From NCBI GenBank assembly GCA_951406725.2, contig OX597822.1, positions 100,564,001 through 100,628,000 of the forward strand: DNA of 64,000 bases, read 5' to 3'. A program made the position numbers and the translations under genes. This DNA is from Octopus vulgaris (taxonomy: Eukaryota). Under the pieces are notes generated by a model, which saw only the letters and a list, made by a program, of their open reading frames with translations, had not been told where the DNA came from and searched no databases. Positions 1 to 12,500 of this stretch are shown here, piece by piece (position 1 is the first letter of the stretch; every line of letters starts with the position of its first letter).

Positions 1-89
1 TTATTAAATTCATTCAGTTGTTAAACATAAATAAATTTTGGAATTAAATGGTTTTGATTTACTGTCAGGTGACTTTTGGCCAAACCTGT

Positions 90-134
<45 letters not shown>

Positions 135-136
135 CA

Positions 137-260
137 CTAGCAGTATAACCCAGCCTTGCCCGGGATTAAGTTACGATTATTAAGCTAATCAAGTTCTTTA
201 TTTCAAACCAAACTAAGTAATATCGACGTCAAATTTGGGCGAAATCCGTTGAAATTGGTT
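137..260 (-). mobile_element. Helitron 3' terminus (5' extent uncertain)
   Basis: a|CTAGCAGTATAACCCAGCCTTGCCCGGG resembles the reverse complement of the 15103-15130 Helitron end (hairpin plus CTAG). Confidence 0.6.
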
Positions 261-277
261 ATATTATATATATATTA

Positions 278-317
<40 letters not shown>

Positions 318-940
318 AAATTTTCTTTATGGCCAAAATTTATCAAAAAGAGGTAGAGCGCTGATATAAAAACATTATAAAAACATTGATATAAAAACAT
401 TGGTAAATTTAGTTTTCATTTTATAGTTTCAAGTTATACCTATAATATACAGAAAAATCATTGATAATTTTAATCCTCTAAGTGAAAATCAGCTTTGTAT
501 TATCTAGTCGAAAGATATCAATATCTTACTATTGGTATCTTTCGATCCGATAATATGGTAAACGCCCCAGAGAACTAAGTAAAGGTTCCAACATGCATGC
601 ACATCACATAATCTCATTTCTCTTCCCCCCCCATTTATCTGAACCTTTGTAACTATGTATGAAATCAATAACGCATACGGTAGGTGAGTGCTTGGAGCAG
701 AAATAAGCTTTCGGCAAGTTGACTTTGCGACTCGATTCTGATTCATGATCGAAGTAACAGCTAGGCGGATTGTGTCAGCAGGAGTTAAATGTCTTAGATG
801 TGAAAGACATCACAAAGCCGTAGTCATAAGACAAAAATATCGATATTTTGGCTAGCAGTTCGAGCGTCATATCGATTCGGCCATCTTTCTAGGATTTCAC
901 TAAAAAGAAATAGAAGGAAAAGAAGGAACACTTTGAATTG

Positions 941-1158
941 AGAGCCACGTTGAGTGATTCGTAATATGCAAGATTATTCGCACAAACCTATATTCTGTTA
1001 TACTACAGGCAGAGCCATGTTGAGTGAATTGTAAATTACAAGAGGATTCGCTCAAACCTACATTCTGTTATTCTATAGTCAGACCCATGTTGAGTGGATC
1101 GCACATTAACAATTATCCGCCCAAACCGACATTGTCATTCTTTAACGAGAGTCATGTT
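941..1158 (+). repeat. Diverged ~70-bp minisatellite, about 3 copies
   Basis: AGAGCCA(C/T)GTTGAGTG-like unit starts at 941, 1011, 1081 and partially at 1148. Confidence 0.85.
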
Positions 1159-1376
1159 ACCGAACCGTGAGTGTGTGTGTGTACATGCGAGTGTGCGTGC
1201 GTGTGTGCGCGTGTGTTATGGCTAGAGGCGTGGTCGAGTGGTCAAGATGTTCGCTTCACAGTACTGAAGCCCCAGGTTCGATCCTACTGTATGACATTTG
1301 ATCAAGTATCTTGCCTTCTCTCGCTCCCCCATATTTTCATATTCAACATCTGATTCTTTCCCTCGTTCCATATTTA

Positions 1377-1437
<61 letters not shown>

Positions 1438-2093
1438 GTCTACACACACATACACACATTCACATGTATATATATATAAATATACAGTTGAAGTTTACAG
1501 AAAAACAAAAGGTGAAGATAGGTGTATGAACAACAAGCACGTGCATTAGTTTGATGCTCGGGAAAATGAGAAAGTCTTTGACGATTCGAGCCTACGCTCT
1601 TCAAGAGAAAGGAATATGAAAAAATAAACAGAGAGAGAACAAAAAAAAAAACTTGTGGATTTAGCGGTCAAGCATGGCGACTGGTTGGAAAAAAAAGTTT
1701 TGACAGGAGAGGTTGAAAGAAGGGGAGATAATAAAGTATTGGTGATCCTAAAACGAAGGCGCGCCTGTTTATGTGTATATGTGTGTGTGTGTTTGTGTGT
1801 TTGTGTGGGCTAGTGACTCAGCACCGGTGCTTTTTTTTATCAACTTTAAAAGGATTATAGGCAAAGTTGATACCAGTGGGGATTGAACTAAGAACGTATG
1901 GCGCCAGAAGAAGTATCGCAAAGCAATGCTTTGTAATATTTAGTTCCCTTTCTTTGTGCTTCCAGTTAAAATCATGTTAAAGTTGATCAAATACCTGTAT
2001 GTTACGAGTTCTGTTTAATCGATTATCCATTCACTTAGCGCAGAAATTTCACATGTAACTATTATACAGAAATCAATATACATACATACATAC

Positions 2094-2199
<106 letters not shown>

Positions 2200-2345
2200 G
2201 TGTGTGTGTATGTGTGTGTGCATATGATGATGATGATGACGATGAAGATAATAACGTTTTAACTTAATATACTATATTACTTTGTGTAATTGCTGAAATG
2301 TCCTATGGGAGGGGAGGACACACACACACGTACATGGTGTATGCA

Positions 2346-2382
<37 letters not shown>

Positions 2383-2391
2383 CACACACAC

Positions 2392-2422
<31 letters not shown>

Positions 2423-2949
2423 TACATATGTGAATATGCGCACACATCCACACACGCGTATATATGTATATATGTATGCCTATTTGTATGTGTGTGTGTG
2501 TGTGTGTAATAACATTTTGCTATCACTTCCTACACTCTTTCTAAAGTCAATATCTCAGCCGTCTCAATTATATAATTGTCGCAAGAAAGACGAAAAGAAA
2601 GAAAGGAGAGAAGGAAGGAAAGAAAGAACAGGAAAACGAAAAAAGAGAAAAAGGGAAAGAGACTCACACACAATAAGGGAGAGACACAATGAAACGCTAA
2701 TAATACGAATGGGTATGAAATGAATGTGTGTGTGTGTGTGTGTGTGTGTGATGTAAAAAGGTGTATGTGTGTGGGGGGGTGAGTGAACGATTTACTGAAA
2801 AGAAAAGAAAGGAAAAAGAAAAATGGGTAGATTTTTCTTTTTTTTTTTACATCTGATTTTTTTTTTTTTGATTTTTTTTTCTTTTGAATTAGGTTAAGAA
2901 AAAAAAACGGTTAAAGTTGCGACTTGAAAGCCACTACAGTCTCTTTTCA

Positions 2950-3035
2950 TTCTTCATCGTCATCGTCGTCATCATCATCATCGTCATCATCGTCATCGTG
3001 TTCGTCATCAGCGTCATCGGCGTCGTGATCGTCAT

Positions 3036-3079
<44 letters not shown>

Positions 3080-3139
3080 TCCTACTATCAACTTCGTCGT
3101 CGTCGTCGTGGTCATCATCGTGATCATCATCACCACCAC

Positions 3140-3194
<55 letters not shown>

Positions 3195-3335
3195 GTCATC
3201 ATCATCATCATCACAAGTATCACCACCGTCTTCATCATTATTATCATCATCATCATCACACTACCACCGTCACCACCACTTTCGACACCGTCATCACCAC
3301 CATCATCATCATCATCATGAGCAGCAGCAGCAACA
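2950..3335. repeat. Compound (CAT)n/(CAG)n/(CGT)n microsatellite
   Basis: Direct reading. Similar compound arrays at 8140-8675 (CAT/CAC), 17760-18070 (ATT/CAG/CTT), 25700-25810 and 36497-36820. Confidence 0.95.
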
Positions 3336-3401
3336 GTATTACTGAGTGTATGTAATTATCTACTCAGCCATCACATACATGCTCTATGTATCGTGTCCAT
3401 G

Positions 3402-3614
3402 TTACTTTTTCCTTCTAATTTTTCTTTTAATCGAAACGGATTTGATAATTCTCTTGCCTAAGTTTTCTCTGTCCGCAACGAAAAGACGTGCAATTCTAGG
3501 ACTGGCCATTCCTGTAGATATATCATAATGTGCCAAGGAACACCTGGAAGTTGATGGAAATGAGAGGCAGGGCCTATTAAAGGGAGAATCGGTGACTAAA
3601 TGCTGGATCCCTTC
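3402..3614 (-). CDS. Candidate terminal coding exon of an unidentified minus-strand gene
   Basis: On the minus strand a long pyrimidine tract ends in tttgtag|, followed by 70 stop-free codons (EGIQHLVTDSPFNRP...KRKIRRKK*). No upstream partner exon was identified with confidence. Confidence 0.3.
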   Translation of the reverse strand, partial: EGIQHLVTDSPFNRPCLSFPSTSRCSLAHYDISTGMASPRIARLFVADRENLGKRIIKSVSIKRKIRRKK

Positions 3615-3642
3615 CTACAAAGAGAGAAAGAGAGAGACAGAG

Positions 3643-3678
<36 letters not shown>

Positions 3679-3928
3679 TGTGAGAGACAGAGAGAACAAG
3701 CTACACACCTTTGAAGTTTGCGACAATCCTCCTCTCCCATTCCAGGTCCCCAAAGTAGTTTTGTTCAGCTTTGCCGAAGTTTTCTCAGATGCCCTCTTGA
3801 GGGAGACTAATTAGTGGGGCTTAGATAAACAATGCCGCCCAGACATCAATCGCGAGTGAGTAAAGGCAAAAGAAATGTATTTCAGGTGTTCGCTAATTAA
3901 TAAACACAATTAATAACAGCGAAAGAAG

Positions 3929-3974
<46 letters not shown>

Positions 3975-5431
3975 GGTAGTTTAATAACAGTAATATGTAG
4001 AAAAGCTAGACTAAAAACAGTTAAAACTGCGGAAACGCAAAGGTCATAACAACAACGTTTAGAACATCAACAACTTCAAAAACATATATAAACAAATAAA
4101 GAAACATCGTAGTAACAATGGCGGCATCGTCGAAAAATTCAACAACAACAACAACAAAAAGAGAAAGGTAATGAGAGAAAGATGTGTTTGTTCGAATCAT
4201 TGACAGACGGAACGGAAATAAACTTAAGTCTGATGTCCGCAAAGTTAAAAGAAGTGAAACTAATCGAAGTAGTGCTGTCGGGTTATTTGTGAAAAATAGA
4301 ATAAGTAAATAAATAAATATGGCGCTGTAGAACAACAGCTGTCGTCTGCAATTTTAAACTGTCACGCAAACACGATTTTTTCCTTAAATTTGAAATTGTA
4401 AAAAGACTTTAGGGTTAATGATTATAATGTGACATAGATGAAAATTGTAAAAAGTAGATTGTAATCAATGCTAAGGAGGAAATTAAGGTAAAATGGCTTG
4501 CTATTACAGTAGAACTATTCTAGAACTTTACTGTTTTGCTGAAGGCTTGGGGAAATCTGCAAAAATATAACATCACTAGCCACAAATATCTGCATATTCG
4601 AATTCTTCATAAAACACTTAGGAAATAACCTATATACTAAATTCTACGAAGCGAAACGAGGAGTGGCTGTGTGGTAAGTAGCTTGCTTACCAGCCACATG
4701 GATCTGGGTTCAGTCCTACTGCGTGGCAGCTTGGGCCCGTGTCTACTACTATTGCCTCGGGCCGACCATAGACAGGCATTTCACCTGTCTTTACATTCCG
4801 AGTTCAAATTCCGCCGAGGCCGACTTTGCCTTTCAACCTCTCTGGATCGATAAAATAGGTACTGAGTCGATGTAATCGACCTACCTTACTCCCTTGAAAT
4901 TACTGACCTTGTGCCAAAACTTGAAACCATTATTAATATTATTATCATTATTATTATTATTATTATCATCTCAATTTATTTTTCTGCTCTAACAAGCAAT
5001 GTTTCTTTCATTAAGGTTTCATTTAATAGCGACCTGGTCAAGAATGGATGAACTTACACTCCACCTATGCTTAATTATCTTCTTTCTGGGTTACATCGTA
5101 TATGAGCCACATCGCATAGTTAGTTACATTTATACAGAACTGAGATTGTACATTATTGAAATGGCGAAAATTGATCGAGCTGTGAGTGTGATTGTTTACA
5201 CGGCCATATCAATAAACACAAAAGGATAAGATTAATGATCCGATCAGTTTTTACTGCTTCAGGTCGTGCAATGTATTCTCAATGATATCCAGCATGGAGG
5301 CAAGTAATGTTGCTCCGATAGTGTTCGTCATATCCGAGAGTTTATTGACGGCTCCTGTGGAGTTAGGACTGAAGAACTGTGAGATTATATAGTATCATGT
5401 GACATGCTCTTACTTCTTTACGAAGTTCACC

Positions 5432-5482
<51 letters not shown>

Positions 5483-5485
<3 letters not shown>

Positions 5486-5585
5486 TCGTGATCACCGTGA
5501 CCGACCAGGCTATCAGATGCTGCTACACATCGCTGGTCACAATGCACTTCTCATTGTTTTAGCCTTCAAATGACGCCACCCCGCT

Positions 5586-5588
<3 letters not shown>
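5483..5588 (-). repeat. ~105-bp interspersed repeat (family E) embedded in (TA)n; inverse copy at 47443-47545
   Basis: GCCAGCGGGGTGGCGTCATT...GTGACCAGCGATGTGT...GGTCGGTCA-GTGATCA is present at both sites. Confidence 0.75.
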
Positions 5589-5663
<75 letters not shown>

Positions 5664-5939
5664 CATGCATACAAGCATACATATATACACACACATTCAC
5701 ACTAACCTACCCACCCCCCGCTCGCCACTCTGATTATATTCCATTTCCACTGCTTATATTTTATCTCTGATTTCTTTTGATCTCTTGCAAATGTCAATGA
5801 ATTATAGCAGCGAAGAAATATGTTACAAGGAGAATAATCATTAACGCGGCCAGCCGAGAACTTATTCCTTGGCGAAGGTCACCACAAGCACAGTTATTTA
5901 TATATTATCTTATATATATAATGCATATGTGTGTGTGGG

Positions 5940-6196
5940 TGTGAGTTCGATTCCTGTACAGGGTTGTGCGTTGTGTTCTCGAGCAAAACACTTTATTTCA
6001 CGTTGCTCCAGCTCATTCATCTGTGGAATTGAGTTGCCTTTCCCTTGGATAACATCGGTGGTGTGGAGAGGGGAGGCCGGTATGCATGGGCGACTGCTGG
6101 TCTTCCATAAAACAACCTTGCCCGGACTTGTGCATGGGAGGGTAACTTACTAGGTGCAGTCCCATGGTCATTCAAGACCGAAGGGGGTCTCTACCC
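5940..6196 (+). mobile_element. SINE family C
   Basis: B-box-like GAGTTCGATTCC followed by a body matching 27387-27635. Confidence 0.85.
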
Positions 6197-6524
6197 TTTT
6201 TGCCCAATTCACATCATGTTATTTGCCATGAACTCCGCCAACTTTGTTTCAGGCAAAATTAGTATAAATTTTAAGACACACACACATACACATACACGAG
6301 CATACGTATACATGCATGTATGTATGTATGTATATATATGTATGTGTGTATGTATGTATTTATAGGGACGTAGTTATATGTAACTTATGCAATAAATCGT
6401 TCTCTGATTATTCGTTATCGTCGAGCATCTAATTGCACATGGTACACCTATTGCGCGGTTCCAAACGACCACAATGGTGAAACGTGCGTAGGAACTATAA
6501 TATAAACTCTTGCTTGTCCCTATT

Positions 6525-6584
<60 letters not shown>

Positions 6585-6666
6585 CACACACACATACACA
6601 CACACATGTATATATATATATACGTATATATATGTATGCATATATATGTATATAATATATAATATA

Positions 6667-6900
6667 TATTTCTTTATTGCCCACAAGGGGCTAAACATAG
6701 AGGGGACAAATAAAGACAGACAAAGGGATTAAGTCGATTACATAGACCCCAGTGCGTAACTGGTACTTTATTTATCGACCCCGAAAGGATGAAAGGCAAA
6801 GTCGACCGCGGCGGAATTTGAACTCAGAGCAGCGTAACGGCAGACGAAATACGGCTACGCATTTCGCCCGGCGTGCTAACGATTCTGCCAGCTCGCCGCC
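6667..6900 (-). mobile_element. Full-length SINE, family B (my label)
   Basis: Minus strand: GGCGGCGAGCTGGCAGAATCGTTAGC head, GAGTTCAAATTCC B-box, GCCTTTCATCCTTTCGGGGTCGATAAA central block, GGGCAATAAAGAAATA tail. Confidence 0.9.
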
Positions 6901-6904
6901 TTTG

Positions 6905-7800
<896 letters not shown>

Positions 7801-8462
7801 ATTTGTGCAGGCCTGGTTGTGTGCTAAGAAGTTCCTTCCCCCAACCTTATGGCTCCGCGTTCAATTCCACTGCGTGGCACCTTGAACAGGTGTCTTCTGC
7901 TACGGCCTCAGGTGGACCAAAGTCTTGTGAATGGATGTGGTAGTTGGAAACTGAAAGAAGCCCGTCGTGTGTGTGTGTGTGTGTGCTTGTCTCCTACTAC
8001 TGCGTAACAACTGCTGTTAGTATTTACGTCTCCACCACTTTGTGGGCGGGAGAGGGGGGCTAGTCGATTGAATTAACCCCCAGAACATGACTGGTACACC
8101 ATTACACCCACCCACGTAGGCATCACTTACATTGATCCTTTCTTCATCATTATCATCATCATCATAATCATGATCGTCGTTTCATCATTATCAGTATTTG
8201 TGCCTTCCCACCTCTCATCCTTATCATGATCATCATCATCACCACCATCATCCTATTCATCGTCGTCGTCTTTTGTCATCGTCATCACCATCACCACCAT
8301 CCGCTCCCTCCTCCGTTTCGTAATGATGATGATGATGATACGGAGAATGACGCACCATGGTCATCTTCATCATCAACATCATCATCATCATCATCACCAT
8401 CGTCATTGTCGTCGTCGTCGTCATCATCGTCATCATCACCATCAACATCACCATCATCATCC

Positions 8463-8498
<36 letters not shown>

Positions 8499-9811
8499 AC
8501 ATCATCATCACCACCACCACCACCACCACCACCACCACCACCACCACCACCACCACCACCACCACCACCACCACCAATACCACCACCACCACCACCACCA
8601 CCACCACCAATACCACCACCACCACCACCACCACCACCACCACCGCCGCCGCCGCCACCACCGCTGTCGCCGCCGTCCATTACGAGTTAAGTTAACCTTT
8701 AACATGGTTTACTACGTCTCAAATTGACTGTTTCGAAATGGTTAAACATGATTTTACAAATCAACAGACATTTTCTTGTTGTTGTCGTTTTTATTATTGT
8801 TGTTGTTGTTGTTGTTGTTATTACTGCTGATGTCCGGATTTACAAAAGCTCTTTAACAGAGATTAACGATCACGTTTAATCACATGCGGGTCTACCTATG
8901 AATCTGGAACCGTCACGTTGTTGGCGTGGTTGTTTTGAACCAATCGCTTGTATAATCCCTTCTCGATAAACAATCGTTGATAATTAGCAATAATTAAATG
9001 TAAATTAACGAAAATATTTGGAAAAAATCTTGCATATTTTCATTCCTGAATTGCAAACATTTTGTTTGGTTTTCTTTTCTTTTTTTCCTGGATAGAGTGC
9101 AAGCATTTATTATGCAAATTAAAGTAATTTGAAGTAGGCAGGCAATACATTTACCTTTGACTTTAAATTTTACTGTAAAAGATTCCTCCTAAAAATTGTA
9201 TCGTCTCTATCACTGAGTTTATAACTCAGAACATCTTATATCATCCCAACCAATTTACATTTAAGAGCTTCTTTTCTGTGGAGAGACGAGTGAGGTTAAT
9301 AACCAGAGTTAAATCAAGGACGTTCGACAAGTGATAAATTAGCAAAAAGGAAAAAAAAGAAGAAAGAAAGAGAAAAAGAAAAAAATATTTGCGTTTCTCC
9401 AAATCTGGTATTAATTTTTTACTGGAAGACTGTGAGGGATATAGTGAGAGGCTTATTGGATGACGATTTTTTATGCGCTCTGATTGTGTGGGATAATTTC
9501 TTTTAAGGACACACATATACAAAAATAACAATTTGAATTTTATCGTGACTTCAGGATTGTGAAATTTTTCCTCCGATTTCTTAATAATATTGAAGTAAAT
9601 TCACTGACGACAAAAGACAAAAAAAAAAACAGAAAAAGGAAAAAAAAACAAGAGTGAGAGAAAGAGCAGAGTGAGAGGGGTGTTTTAGCAGTATTTAGTT
9701 TCGAAGTTGTGACATAACAAGCTACAACGCTCATAAAGAAAATAATTACACGTGTTGAAAGCATATTTTTTTTTTTTAAATTGAAAGGGATCTCATAAAT
9801 TTTCAAGAAGA

Positions 9812-10180
9812 ATGTCCCTGAAGAAATTGCCAATAACACCTACCAAAAAATATAACTTTTTTCAGGATTTCACTTCAAATGGAAGTATAAAATATAACTT
9901 CCCGCTGGTTGAATGTTTCAGTCCAATAATTGATGTAGACGGTCCGGAAATAGACCAGAACAATAACAACAAGATACCTGATTCACTTTTAAACGAGAAT
10001 ATTTCGAAGCTCGATAATGATGAATCGTCTGATGGTGTGATTCTAGTGACAAAACCAAACATCGAAACAATGGATGCACAAACGAAAATAGAGTTCTTTA
10101 AGAAACGTGCTTTAGAACGAGCTCGAGTTCGCCAACAGGTTCGTATGAAATTGACAAAAATATTTTCACATGTGCGATAG
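9812..10180 (+). CDS. Hypothetical 122-aa intronless protein of unrecognised family
   Basis: The only long non-repetitive ATG-started ORF outside the kinase. Protein-like composition with an acidic middle and a basic helical C-terminus. ATTGG and TGACG motifs at ~9455-9465 and AATAAA at 10710-10715. Confidence 0.55.
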   Translation: MSLKKLPITPTKKYNFFQDFTSNGSIKYNFPLVECFSPIIDVDGPEIDQNNNNKIPDSLLNENISKLDNDESSDGVILVTKPNIETMDAQTKIEFFKKRALERARVRQQVRMKLTKIFSHVR

Positions 10181-10259
10181 ATATTCTTAGATATTCATTA
10201 CGGAAGACAGAAATGTAACTTTGTGAAATCATGTATATTTTCTTCAGTACTGTTTCAGC

Positions 10260-10335
<76 letters not shown>

Positions 10336-10491
10336 GTTACATTCTAGAAGACGTTTTTCTCTGCATATATATTTTCAGAGAGCTAGCTAGTTGAGATAAC
10401 AGTCTGTTCGTGCCACAAAATGTACAAGATAAAAATATATGCAAACCTGAATCTTATCCCGTGTTTATACATGTCTGTGCGCATGAGTGTA

Positions 10492-10546
<55 letters not shown>

Positions 10547-11095
10547 ACGCAAACATATCTCTTTTCCCCTTTGCTATTAAATCTCCCTAAGATGTTGAAC
10601 TCCTTTGATATCAACCCTCCCGAAATCACTATTGATTCTATGGACACAAGCTTCCTGTTTTAAATTAAAATCTTTCATCCAACATTTCGTGCTTAATTTG
10701 TTCAGCAGAAATAAAAGAAACAAAAGAGTTAACAGCTCACTCGTGCGGGGGTGTTAATTACATAAGCTTGTGAAATACATCACATCGATGTGTATCCTTT
10801 CAAAAGTGAGTGCTACTTTGTGTCCATAGAGACTTATACACTTGATTTTTACTTGCTCAGATTCCCAAATTTTGTAAACCTGTAAACATGGCTCCTAAAA
10901 GATTTACATGGTAAACATGTCTGAGCTCAACATATTACACATGGAAGTTGCTTCGGAAAGTCAAAGTTCTCCTTAATACTGATGCATTTTAAGGGTTCAG
11001 TTAATGGCCTCAAAAGTGCTGATAATCAAACCAAAATCACCAATCATAATCGGTCTGGCTTGAACTTTGATCCATATGTTGTTTCTTGGATATAG

Positions 11096-11182
11096 GCCAC
11101 AAGAGAGAGAGAGAGAGAGAGAGTCGGTTTCTAAACTAGATCCAAGACTCCTTCATTAAAATTTCAACAACATCAACAGGGT
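11096..11182 (+). repeat. Short interspersed repeat, second copy at ~35369-35443
   Basis: Shared CGGTTTCTAA...TAGATCCAAG.CTCCTTCATT..AATTTCAACA..AACAGGGT. Confidence 0.7.
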
Positions 11183-11300
11183 ATTTTTACATGTATGTAT
11201 ATGTGCAGTATTTGGGGGTTTGCGCATGTGTAGATTCGTATGTTGTGTTTTATGTATGTATTCTCATACATACAGTTGCACGTCTGGACTTGCGTGTATG

Positions 11301-11341
<41 letters not shown>

Positions 11342-12216
11342 ATGTATGTATGTATGTATGTATGTATGTATGTATGTATGTATGTATGAATGCATGCATG
11401 CATGAATAAATGCATGAATGGATGAATGAACGAACGAATGGATCGATGGATTACTGATAATTATTCGCGCCAACAAGAAAAGCTCTTCCTTGGTAACCTG
11501 CTAGAAATAGCTGCTAAACCTTTCCTAAATCGTAAACCAACCATTAAAAAAAAAAATTAAGAATTAAGAGACAACCTGGATAACATGCAGACCGAACTGC
11601 TATAGTTAGAAAGCCTTTTATTACGGGTCTACTCATTCAGAGCTCACTAAAGCTTAACTCTCAAACAATTGATAATTATTGCATCATTTTTAGAATGGTT
11701 AGCAAATCCGAGGCAAGAGGGTTGGAACCAAATACTGAAAAAGATTAAATACAAACCATACCACTGTCTTAGCTACAACCATTGTTTAATCATTATTCAA
11801 TGTTATTTGTTATATTTTTCCTTTGATGCTTTAGCAAATAAACAACACGTTATGGCAGTTTGTTATTTTGCAGCAGGCCATGCGTGACGCTTTAGAAACG
11901 TGTTATTCGAGATTTTTGCTATTTTTCTCTCTATTTTCGAACACAGGTTAGAGATACTAATATTTCAACTGACACACTTCTTCCTCAGATAGAGATAGAT
12001 GGAAAAAATGCCATGGTGAATTAAAAATGAACAATACAAGCACAAACAAACAAGTTGCCATGCTCAGAATTTTAAGCCATGTTTCTATAAAATGATAAAG
12101 GTCACGTTTATATTTTCGTCATTTGCTTTCCTGGCTGACTGGGTGAGGTGGGGTGTGGGTGTGGGTGTGTTAATTCGTCTACTTTCGCCGGTTGTCGTAA
12201 GCAGCTAATTGTACCT

Positions 12217-12500
12217 GTTTCTTTATTGCCCACAAGGGGCTAAACACAGAGGGGACAAACAAGAGCAGACAAATGGATTAGGTCGATTACATCGACCCCA
12301 GTGCGCAACTGGTACTTAATTTATCGACCCCGAAAGGAGGAAAGGCAAAGTCGACCTCGGCGGAATTTGAACTCAGAACGTAACTTTCATATTTTCAGGG
12401 TCGATAAATTAAGTGCCAGTTGAACACTGAGGTCGATGTAATCGACTAGTCCCTTTCCTCCAAATTTGAGGCCTTGTGCCTTTAATAGAAAGGATTATTA
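12217..12500. mobile_element. Two adjacent partial family B SINEs in opposite orientation
   Basis: 12217-12383 is a minus copy with tail type 1. ~12385-12500 is a plus copy with the alternative GGCCTTGTGCC...(ATT)n tail. Confidence 0.8.

Noticed and set aside
504-746. 80-aa minus ORF next to the Helitron end, as a helicase remnant
   Set aside because: Only a vague resemblance (LYLVL...KILI). No Pif1 helicase motif can be aligned convincingly.
941-1158. CRISPR-like repeat array
   Set aside because: Whole units are homologous with no unique spacers, and the context is eukaryotic with no cas genes.
3340-3385. Small hairpin CTGAGT...ACTCAG as a miRNA
   Set aside because: The stem is too short and irregular, and it matches no miRNA I recognise.
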